Shown: piece after piece, positions 60,801-64,000 of the stretch
Numbering within the stretch: the stretch's first letter is position 1
Layout: every line of letters starts with the position of its first letter
Source of the DNA: Amoebophrya sp. A120
Lineage: Eukaryota; Protista; Dinoflagellata
Direction of reading: 5' to 3'
Assembly: GCA_905178155.1 (NCBI GenBank)
Contig: CAJINV010000034.1
Coordinates: 1-64,000, forward strand
Length of the DNA: 64,000 nucleotides
Position numbers and translations under genes: made by a program
The notes under the pieces: model-generated
What the model saw: only the letters and a program-made list of their open reading frames with translations
What the model was told of the DNA's origin: nothing
The model's database searches: none

Positions 60801-62390
60801 GCCGTGCATACTCCCCCGGGAAGGACAGCAAGCTTTCCAAAGACAGCAAGTCCAATTTCCCAGACCCGCCAGCTCTCATCCATATCGCAAGAAAAAAGTG
60901 TTACAGTTACACATTGTGTTGCAGGAGCAGCAACACAGACAACCTTTCTCATGCAGAAAATGCTTGCGAGCCTCGTTTTCTTCCTGTTTTCCCTTATGAT
61001 CTTCGCATATACAAGTTTTCTCTGCCACATCACAGAGAGAATTCGTGATGCAGAAACTCCAACAAATGTGTAACTGTAGCACTTTTTTCTCGTGATAATC
61101 CAGTTCCTCCCATTAGAACGGTACGAGCAGCATCACCCTCTGGACTGCATCCACAACAACGCATTGTGTAAGTTCGACCTGGATTTGGAGTGCGAAATTG
61201 ATTTCCCGCAGTGGGGCTTCCGAGTCGGAAACCCGTTTGTGTGGTCGGGATCGAAGGTGAAGGACTGTTTGGTAATAACGGAGATCTATGGCACGGAAAC
61301 CGCAAATCCAAACCCCAACGCCGCCCCGTTCCCGGGTGGGCCGGTGCTGGCGATGGGGCCCCTGCGGCAGTGGAACTTAGACCACTGCGGGGACAGCGGG
61401 ATGAAAGGGATTGGCGTGTCGACGGTGGCGAGCAGTAGTGCGAGGTATAAACTACTTACTCAAGAGAGGACTCGTTCGGTTGCATTAGAAAAAGACTTTG
61501 TCATTCACGAAGATGCATACCTAATTGCAGGAGCAAGTGCAGCTTTTCAAGTTGAAAGAAATCCATCCAGTACCAAAAATCCCCCTTCAGGTCACCAAGA
61601 AGAGGCTCCTCTCCGAAGAACAGTAACAAGACCGCACCAACTTCCCAACCGAAGAAACAAATCGTCCAGAATACCTGGCCGATTAAGAAATTCGCGAGAA
61701 TAGTTTCCGTCAACGGAGTTACAAAGGATTTGGTCCGGATGCTGAAGTTGCTCTCCATGGCCACACGGGATCTGAAGCTCGGGATTGTAAACTCCGCGTT
61801 TGTGAAATCCTACGAAGGGTCGGGAGAGAAGCTATCCGACGGCACCATCGCGGAACTGCCGATGATATGCATTGCAAAGTATCGTACTCTTCGTATGAAT
61901 TGCATTACAAATTAGGTCAGCATGCCAAACGGAATTCGTCATGCTGCTTCACCTTCGGAAGGAGATTTGTCATGCATATCTGCAATGAGTACGAGTGCGA
62001 TAGTTTTGCAATGTATAGATGGCGCCGGGAGAGGAGTACGAGCGGGACGAAAAACAAGGCACGATGAAGAGAAGAAAGAAGAAGGAACAGCTTGCGTTGA
62101 CGGACGGTAGCGGCAAGGGCGGAGCAAAGAAGAGACAGCAGAGTAGAGACAGCAGGCCCGACAGTCCGAAATCGCTGGAGGATAAGAAAAGACCATTAGC
62201 GATAGAAGACCAACATCGCAGGAACCCGCCCCCGGGAAGTAGCAGCTCGAGTAACGCAAACGGCCCACCAGCGCCACCGCGGGGAGCACACTCCAGGGCG
62301 CGGCAAGAGCAGCAGGGTGGCCGGGAAAGGAGCGATAGACGGCGGGACAAGATCCGGCCCGATTTTTTTGAGGACGCGGAGGAGGTGTGA
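804..62390 (+). CDS. Giant multi-exon single-pass membrane protein (about 10,837 aa in window, 5' end upstream); fibrocystin-L/PKHD1L1-like core with SMB-like, C-type lectin, EGF, TSP1, sushi-like, TM, MORN and PDZ-like regions; 92 exons in window
   Basis: Successive + strand ORF segments join in frame when each of 91 introns is removed; joined length 32,514 nt is divisible by 3; ends ...FFEDAEEV* at 62390; motifs run across junctions (e.g. GNWSDPNSWPNKYVPV|DGEDVYI, WQIGPWG|LCTY, GK|MHGPG). Confidence 0.85.
1443..1670. mobile_element. Introner family D (TIR TATGAnAGTGCACAACTCCCCCTC)
   Basis: TSD ggctt/ggctt; removing 233 nt restores frame. Confidence 0.9.
2208..2664. mobile_element. Introner family A (TIR TAT-N7-AAAwATGTCTGGGTCTGG), minisatellite-filled
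   Basis: TSD gattt/gatag; -462 nt keeps frame. Confidence 0.85.
2305..2622. repeat. 11-bp minisatellite GCCACCCCTG(A/G) inside a family A introner
   Basis: Direct reading. Confidence 0.95.
3574..4159. mobile_element. Introner, singleton, minisatellite-filled
   Basis: IR gaaaattgcttgcgtagc; TSD decayed (acttc/gccca); -591 nt keeps frame. Confidence 0.75.
3662..4000. repeat. 11-bp minisatellites GGTCGGACC(GG/AA) and GGTAGGAACCA inside an introner
   Basis: Direct reading. Confidence 0.95.
5523..5844. mobile_element. Introner family C (TIR TAT-N7-AAAATCCCCCCTCCCCAT)
   Basis: TSD cgatc/cgacc; -327 nt. Confidence 0.9.
6156..6408. mobile_element. Introner, singleton (IR gctcaggtgttacaatctcaaac)
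   Basis: TSD aatga/gatga; -258 nt. Confidence 0.9.
6876..7090. mobile_element. Introner family E (TIR TAT-N6-AAAAAA(C/G)TGT)
   Basis: TSD agatt/agatt; -220 nt. Confidence 0.9.
7810..8131. mobile_element. Introner family C
   Basis: TSD tgtga/tgtga; -327 nt. Confidence 0.9.
9912..10759. mobile_element. Degenerate introner filled with 99-bp satellite
   Basis: Weak IR tatg...aattatgcc; no TSD; -853 nt fits frame. Confidence 0.6.
9975..10660. repeat. 99-bp tandem repeat, about 7 copies, intronic
   Basis: gcgggcgtacaacctcggaaaacc unit; 33-aa periodicity in the ORF track. Confidence 0.95.
11020..11344. mobile_element. Introner family C
   Basis: TSD gacag/gacag; -330 nt. Confidence 0.9.
11392..11597. 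mobile_element. Introner family E
   Basis: TSD tgcat/tgcat; -211 nt. Confidence 0.9.
11785..12013. mobile_element. Introner family D
   Basis: TSD tactg/gactg; -234 nt. Confidence 0.9.
12078..12397. mobile_element. Introner family C
   Basis: TSD ttcgg/tttgg; -325 nt. Confidence 0.9.
13130..13279. mobile_element. Introner family B (TIR TAT-N4-TGCAAAAGTATCGTACTCG)
   Basis: TSD gcgga/gcgga; -155 nt. Confidence 0.9.
13458..13686. mobile_element. Introner family D (extra ATA at right end)
   Basis: Flanks gcaac/gtcaac; -234 nt keeps frame. Confidence 0.8.
13767..13975. mobile_element. Introner family E
   Basis: TSD aaata/aaata; -214 nt. Confidence 0.9.
14339..14977. mobile_element. Degenerate introner filled with 166-bp satellite
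   Basis: IR tatggaag...aacttt; flanks cactg/ccccg; -644 nt fits frame. Confidence 0.7.
14445..14885. repeat. About 166-bp tandem repeat, about 2.6 copies, intronic
   Basis: tgaaacacgagcg at about 14447, 14613, 14779. Confidence 0.9.
15084..15362. mobile_element. Introner family F (TIR TATCCTGnnCAAAAACGTCCCCA)
   Basis: TSD ctaca/ctaca; -284 nt. Confidence 0.9.
15431..15580. mobile_element. Introner family B
   Basis: TSD gtgct/gtgct; -155 nt. Confidence 0.9.
15654..15926. mobile_element. Introner family A
   Basis: TSD ctgtc/ctgtc; -278 nt. Confidence 0.9.
15994..16225. mobile_element. Introner family A
   Basis: TSD gatga/gatga; -237 nt. Confidence 0.9.
16259..16403. mobile_element. Introner family B
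   Basis: TSD aaaag/aaaag; -150 nt. Confidence 0.9.
16947..17204. mobile_element. Introner family A
   Basis: TSD ctccg/ctccg; -263 nt. Confidence 0.9.
17692..18015. mobile_element. Introner family C
   Basis: TSD acgct/gcgct; -329 nt. Confidence 0.9.
18670..18937. mobile_element. Introner family A
   Basis: TSD cccgt/gccgt; -273 nt. Confidence 0.9.
20094..21031. mobile_element. Degenerate introner filled with 139-bp satellite
   Basis: Imperfect extended IR (ggggagg...tcgctaa); no TSD; -943 nt fits frame. Confidence 0.65.
20160..20935. repeat. About 139-bp tandem repeat, about 5.6 copies, intronic
   Basis: ggaaaacgaagtcaaaa recurs about every 139 nt. Confidence 0.9.
21199..21463. mobile_element. 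Introner family A
   Basis: TSD tcgcc/tcgcc; -270 nt. Confidence 0.9.
22182..22398. mobile_element. Introner family D
   Basis: TSD agctt/agctt; -222 nt. Confidence 0.9.
22668..22919. mobile_element. Introner family A
   Basis: TSD ctggc/ctggc; -257 nt. Confidence 0.9.
23070..23219. mobile_element. Introner family B
   Basis: TSD caaag/caaag; -155 nt. Confidence 0.9.
23291..23776. mobile_element. Introner family A with nested insertion
   Basis: TSD aacgg/aacga; -491 nt. Confidence 0.9.
23453..23662 (+). mobile_element. Nested 210-bp insertion with (CTA)n tail, SINE-like or truncated non-LTR element
   Basis: 8-bp direct repeat aattaggt at 23445-23452 and 23663-23670; empty site in the sister copy at 34894-35158. 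Confidence 0.7.
24025..24287. mobile_element. Introner family A
   Basis: TSD acgtg/acgtg; -268 nt. Confidence 0.9.
24447..24599. mobile_element. Introner family B
   Basis: TSD agttg/agttg; -158 nt. Confidence 0.9.
25820..26852. mobile_element. Degenerate introner filled with 142-bp satellite
   Basis: Imperfect IR tatgg...aaaag..ttt.gtt; no TSD; -1038 nt fits frame. Confidence 0.65.
25865..26770. repeat. About 142-bp tandem repeat, about 6 copies, intronic
   Basis: agctcggctaaagggctcagggacc recurs about every 142 nt. Confidence 0.9.
27816..27960. mobile_element. Introner family B
   Basis: TSD actac/accac; -150 nt. Confidence 0.9.
28180..28388. mobile_element. Introner family E
   Basis: TSD tccga/tccga; -214 nt. 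Confidence 0.9.
28730..29020. mobile_element. Introner family F
   Basis: TSD tgaaa/tgaaa; -296 nt. Confidence 0.9.
29527..29704. mobile_element. Introner, singleton; in-frame and stop-free
   Basis: IR tatgga.gg.gaatttg / caaattcaccatgcata; internal gcatgacaaa and tttgtcatgc; -183 nt. Confidence 0.7.
29759..29918. mobile_element. Introner family B
   Basis: TSD ggtgg/ggtgg; -165 nt. Confidence 0.9.
30563..31526. mobile_element. Introner family A with nested element
   Basis: TSD gtggc/gtggc; -969 nt. Confidence 0.9.
30750..31435. mobile_element. Nested 686-bp non-autonomous element with TGT...ACA termini
   Basis: TSD catg (30746-30749 / 31436-31439); imperfect TIR tgt..gttc..gg..ccccgg; empty site gggcatgcatc at about 47035. 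Confidence 0.75.
31612..31872. mobile_element. Introner family A
   Basis: TSD tcgag/tcgaa; -266 nt. Confidence 0.9.
32877..33131. mobile_element. Introner family A
   Basis: TSD gaact/gaact; -260 nt. Confidence 0.9.
33342..33499. mobile_element. Introner family B (left end TAA)
   Basis: TSD gcaca/gcaca; -163 nt. Confidence 0.85.
34894..35158. mobile_element. Introner family A
   Basis: TSD agtca/agtca; -270 nt. Confidence 0.9.
35250..35505. mobile_element. Introner family A
   Basis: TSD ggcct/tgcct; -261 nt. Confidence 0.9.
35543..36083 (+). other. G8 domain (split by an introner)
   Basis: WSDPNSWPNKYVPVDGEDVYIENYMSIVLDVNSTAKLGRLSVHGELIF...IYIGAKGVFRAGT resembles the G8 domain of PKHD1/CEMIP. 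Confidence 0.75.
35591..35852. mobile_element. Introner family A
   Basis: TSD gtgga/gtgga; -267 nt. Confidence 0.9.
36085..36244. mobile_element. Introner family B
   Basis: TSD ttgga/ctgga; -165 nt. Confidence 0.9.
38355..38562. mobile_element. Introner family E
   Basis: TSD ccgat/cggat; -213 nt. Confidence 0.9.
38637..38920. mobile_element. Introner family A
   Basis: TSD tcacg/tcacg; -289 nt. Confidence 0.9.
39434..39578. mobile_element. Introner family B
   Basis: TSD gaaat/gaaat; -150 nt. Confidence 0.9.
39630..39884. mobile_element. Introner family A
   Basis: TSD gagtt/gagct; -260 nt. Confidence 0.9.
40239..40403. mobile_element. Introner family B (divergent)
   Basis: TSD tcgcg/ttgcg; -170 nt. 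Confidence 0.85.
40774..40928. mobile_element. Introner, singleton (IR aaatttccc/gggaaattt)
   Basis: TSD agatt/agatt; -160 nt. Confidence 0.85.
41038..41363. mobile_element. Introner family C
   Basis: TSD tacca/cacca; -331 nt. Confidence 0.9.
41683..41945. mobile_element. Introner family A
   Basis: TSD cgggg/cgggg; -268 nt. Confidence 0.9.
42006..42222. mobile_element. Introner family D (opposite orientation to 22182)
   Basis: TSD ggatt/ggatt; -222 nt. Confidence 0.9.
42507..42761. mobile_element. Introner family A
   Basis: TSD gactg/gactg; -260 nt. Confidence 0.9.
42870..43018. mobile_element. Introner family B
   Basis: TSD aacga/aacga; -154 nt. Confidence 0.9.
43401..44415. mobile_element. 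Introner family F with about 730-bp nested insertion
   Basis: TSD tggct/tgggt; -1020 nt. Confidence 0.9.
43509..44240. mobile_element. Nested GC-rich insertion (boundaries approximate)
   Basis: Absent from sister copies at 15084 and 28730; 11-bp IR gtagtgaggtc (43510-43520) / gacctcactac (44202-44212). Confidence 0.6.
44634..44970. mobile_element. Introner family C
   Basis: TSD ggcga/ggcga; -342 nt. Confidence 0.9.
45302..45494. mobile_element. Introner, singleton (IR tatcacacag; E-like)
   Basis: TSD tcgcg/tcgcg; -198 nt. Confidence 0.9.
46115..46435. mobile_element. Introner family C
   Basis: TSD tcttc/ttttc; -326 nt. Confidence 0.9.
46550..46801. mobile_element. Introner family A
   Basis: TSD ggagt/ggagt; -257 nt. 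Confidence 0.9.
46861..47124. mobile_element. Introner family A
   Basis: TSD cttcg/tttcg; -269 nt. Confidence 0.9.
47564..47815. mobile_element. Introner family A
   Basis: TSD tcgtg/tcgtg; -257 nt. Confidence 0.9.
47878..48026. mobile_element. Introner family B
   Basis: TSD tggcg/tggcg; -154 nt. Confidence 0.9.
48141..48301. mobile_element. Introner family B
   Basis: TSD agaac/agaac; -166 nt. Confidence 0.9.
48816..49210. mobile_element. Introner family D with nested insertion
   Basis: TSD cgagt/cgagt; -400 nt. Confidence 0.9.
49027..49169. mobile_element. Nested 143-bp insertion with 15-bp target duplication
   Basis: catgacaaatgcggg at 49012-49026 and 49170-49184. Confidence 0.7.
49253..49424. 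mobile_element. Introner, singleton (perfect IR tatgcaagacaaaaa)
   Basis: TSD decayed (gccgg/ttcca); -177 nt keeps frame. Confidence 0.8.
49924..50111 (+). other. Atypical intron (apparent GG...AG, 188 nt)
   Basis: Needed to join CERC to PPESSNYW; in-frame stops inside; no clear TIR or TSD. Confidence 0.6.
50470..50684. mobile_element. Introner family E (right end ATG)
   Basis: TSD gaaca/caaca; -220 nt. Confidence 0.85.
50745..50914. mobile_element. Introner family B (divergent)
   Basis: TSD aaagg/caagg; -175 nt. Confidence 0.8.
50966..51220. mobile_element. Introner family A
   Basis: TSD ccact/ccact; -260 nt. Confidence 0.9.
51497..51647. mobile_element. Introner family B (right end ACA)
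   Basis: TSD gctct/gctct; -156 nt. Confidence 0.9.
51842..52097. mobile_element. Introner family A
   Basis: TSD gcttt/acttt; -261 nt. Confidence 0.9.
52388..52583. mobile_element. Introner family E
   Basis: TSD gatct/gatct; -201 nt. Confidence 0.9.
52718..52951. mobile_element. Introner family D
   Basis: TSD gcaga/gcaga; -239 nt. Confidence 0.9.
53016..53265. mobile_element. Introner family A
   Basis: TSD tgaag/tgaag; -255 nt. Confidence 0.9.
53785..54052. mobile_element. Introner family A
   Basis: TSD cacaa/tccaa; -273 nt. Confidence 0.9.
54147..54215 (+). other. Transmembrane helix
   Basis: GLFFGLIGAASAIFVGVVGFLIY follows a Thr-rich stalk and precedes a charged segment. Confidence 0.8.
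54392..54656. mobile_element. Introner family A
   Basis: TSD tcgca/tcgca; -270 nt. Confidence 0.9.
54700..57194 (+). other. Canonical GT-AG intron (2495 nt) filled with 182-bp satellite
   Basis: CATG|gtactt...cttcag|GTATC gives KHGIG in a MORN repeat. Confidence 0.85.
54745..57060. repeat. About 182-bp tandem repeat, 12-13 copies, inside a GT-AG intron
   Basis: cccgtttgtctaattttgcccaaaaggg recurs about every 182 nt; internal inverted motifs gtttgtctaat/attagacaaac. Confidence 0.95.
57467..58662. mobile_element. Introner family B hosting a nested 1-kb element
   Basis: TSD aaatg/gaatg; -1201 nt gives VNGKMHGPG. Confidence 0.9.
57516..58553. mobile_element. Nested 1038-bp TAT...ATA element with long (40-60 bp) imperfect TIRs
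   Basis: TSD aattt/aattt; tatcacaggggcaaatgaatcac vs reverse complement tatcaaaggagcaagtaaatcac; removal regenerates the family B consensus. Confidence 0.9.
58808..58923 (+). other. Canonical GT-AG intron (116 nt)
   Basis: AG|gtagag...tatcag|G; frame confirmed by a downstream exon open only in the predicted frame among those tested. Confidence 0.75.
58971..59120. mobile_element. Introner family B
   Basis: TSD gcttc/gcttc; -155 nt. Confidence 0.9.
59249..59543. mobile_element. Introner family F (opposite orientation to 28730)
   Basis: TSD cagca/cagca; -300 nt. Confidence 0.9.
59617..59767. mobile_element. Introner family B
   Basis: TSD cgcag/cgcag; -156 nt. Confidence 0.9.
59804..60066. 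mobile_element. Introner family A
   Basis: TSD gttca/gttca; -268 nt. Confidence 0.9.
60430..60550 (+). other. Canonical GT-AG intron (121 nt)
   Basis: AC|gtatct...tatcag|C; frame consistent. Confidence 0.75.
60637..60810. mobile_element. Introner family B (divergent)
   Basis: Flanks atcgt/ctccc; -179 nt fits frame. Confidence 0.8.
60883..61097. mobile_element. Introner family E
   Basis: TSD atcca/atcca; -220 nt. Confidence 0.9.
61210..61790 (+). other. PDZ-like domain (tentative)
   Basis: WGFRV...LVITEI...GPLRQWN...ARIVSVNG...MLKLL pattern. Confidence 0.4.
61445..61590 (+). other. Canonical GT-AG intron (146 nt)
   Basis: AG|gtataa...cttcag|G; joins to the ORF ending at the next introner. 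Confidence 0.75.
61866..62017. mobile_element. Introner family B
   Basis: TSD gatga/gatgg; -157 nt. Confidence 0.9.
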
Positions 62391-64000
62391 TGGTGCTGGA
62401 ACGATGTTGTTAGTATCCATTAATTTGAATTTCCTAGGCAAAGAATACCAGCAGACCGTGCTGTCATAGCTGCCAGATGGATCGGAAATTGGCAATACAA
62501 GGTGAGTATTAACAAATTGATGACCGAAGAAAATAAATAGGATGAACAATATCAATATGTCAACTGCAATACCGTGAGTCAAGATGCTTTACAAAGTTGA
62601 AGTTCATGAGCAAAGGTTCGTTGAGTCAGTGTTAGGCACTGAACTGTCATTGCTTTTTGCGTATACGACTGAGAAGGACGAAGCTGATCCTTTCGGCTTT
62701 TTTTGAACCTGAGCCTCGAAATAGTCAATCAATACAAGAAATCTGAATTTATCTGAATAAAACTACGTGATGCCTGATGGCGTATTCAAACGCAACCTCA
62801 ATACTAGATATGGTGATAAATAAACAAGGAAATTTAGCTTTGATTTTATTTAGCAACAGTTCATCGATAACTTCGGGAAAGGCAAAATCAGTCGGAGAAA
62901 GGTCACAGCCTCTCACGACTGGTTCCTTTGTACTTACTCTTCTTCTTTCTTACGTTTAAAGCTACAAAAAGATTAAGATTAACTCGTTTCTGCACTGCAC
63001 CAGGCTTCCGGACACAACATGATGAAAGCCGGTTGCGGATAGAATTTTCCTTTTCCTTTCATTGTCAATCTCAATACTGTAGCACGTACAAGGACTACAG
63101 ACTCAATATTCGTATTGTATCAAATTGAAACGTGAGCTCCATTTTGATAAAATTTTACTTCTATTTCTTCTTCTTTTCCCTCGTCTTTTCACTGCTGGAA
63201 AGGATTGTCGCGAAGGTGTGTAGTACTCTGCATCTTTGTGCAGGCATTTTCGGTGGTATTTGGAGACGAGCATGATCTGGATCTGCATACGACAGATCAG
63301 TTGTTTGTACAGTACAGTAAAGCTACGGTGTGTTGGCTATGCGGCTTTGATAAAAGAATCATTGATGCTCAATGTTGTAGTTTATGCAATGCGAAAAAGA
63401 TTCCCAAAGAAGTCCATTCTGGACGATGTTGGACTAAAATGGTACTCCCGCATGCACCCGTGGACGGAGATTTGTTGACTGTATGTGGCATTTGTTTTTT
63501 CTTTTTCTTGAAATTGAAATTGTAGTATGCGCATGAACCCAACCAGAAGCGTAGAAGCTTTCTGTGCCTGCAGTTGGGACGAAATTCGAGTTTTGTGCAC
63601 TTCGTTTGAGGTCGAGGCGAGAAGTTTTGAGGAGGTGCTCACTTACAGGAACTGAGTGTCTTTTTTCAGAGTGCAGATTTATTTCATTGAGAAGGACACA
63701 GCACGCGGAGCGACTTACCCTTCATGTTGGTGATATCCCCCAGCATTGTGAGGATAATGCGCAGCGGCTTGGTTCGCAGACCTTGGGCGGCCGCGGTGTC
63801 CCTGCCCTTGACCGACGCCATCACCCCGCAAAGCAGTGGGGGGGTCGGTGAGGGTGTGGGCGGCAGCGAAGGACGCAGCCGCTCAATGACCGACATCGCA
63901 AGCCATAAGCTATGGCTTGCGGTCGCGCGGCGTTCATCTTCTTGCGATCGCTTACGATAAGCCGACGACCGAAATGAACGCCGCGCGCCCGCCTTCATCC

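Noticed and set aside
1443-62017. Family lengths (about 150, 210, 225, 260, 290, 325 bp) as nucleosome-phased sizes
   Set aside because: No consistent multiple, and too few families to test by eye
804-62390. Pseudogene riddled with MITEs, or many separate small genes
   Set aside because: I found no stop or frameshift in the exons, one length rule restores the frame at all 86 elements, and motifs continue across junctions
63205-63525. Cys-rich 106-aa ORF with CxxC-like pairs
   Set aside because: Non-ATG start, no family recognised, AT-rich downstream context; not enough to call a gene
63684-64000. GC-rich ORFs at the right edge with a possible minus-strand GTAAGT donor near 63713-63718
   Set aside because: Could be part of a neighbouring gene or element, but truncated and with no recognisable product

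Overview
Eukaryotic DNA, almost entirely one giant + strand gene. It enters the window 5'-truncated and ends at a TGA stop at 62388-62390. I traced it by hand through 91 complete introns plus one partial intron at the window start. 86 of the introns are transposon-like elements of about 145-1200 bp with TAT...ATA terminal inverted repeats, most flanked by a 5-bp target-site duplication (52 perfect). They fall into at least 6 repeat families, lie in both orientations and mostly lack GT-AG. In every case, removing the element plus 5 nt restores the reading frame. The stitched CDS (804-62390 minus 29,073 intronic nt = 32,514 nt) gives about 10,837 aa within the window. The protein is a single-pass membrane giant with somatomedin-B-like Cys modules, G8, C-type lectin, PKHD1/CEMIP-like beta-helix, EGF, TSP1, sushi-like, TM, MORN and PDZ-like regions. 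The TAT-N7-AAA inverted repeats with short direct repeats match my recollection of the non-canonical introner elements published for the parasitic dinoflagellate Amoebophrya sp. A120 (Farhat et al. 2021), so the organism call is an inference and the basic phenomenon is probably already described. Candidate new aspects: a GCAT(G/C/T)ACAAA motif shared by all families, a nested 1-kb long-TIR element, swappable terminal tetramers, satellite-filled introns, other nested insertions and possible conversion to GT-AG introns. All coordinates and counts are manual, and exact splice points inside the duplications need RNA data.
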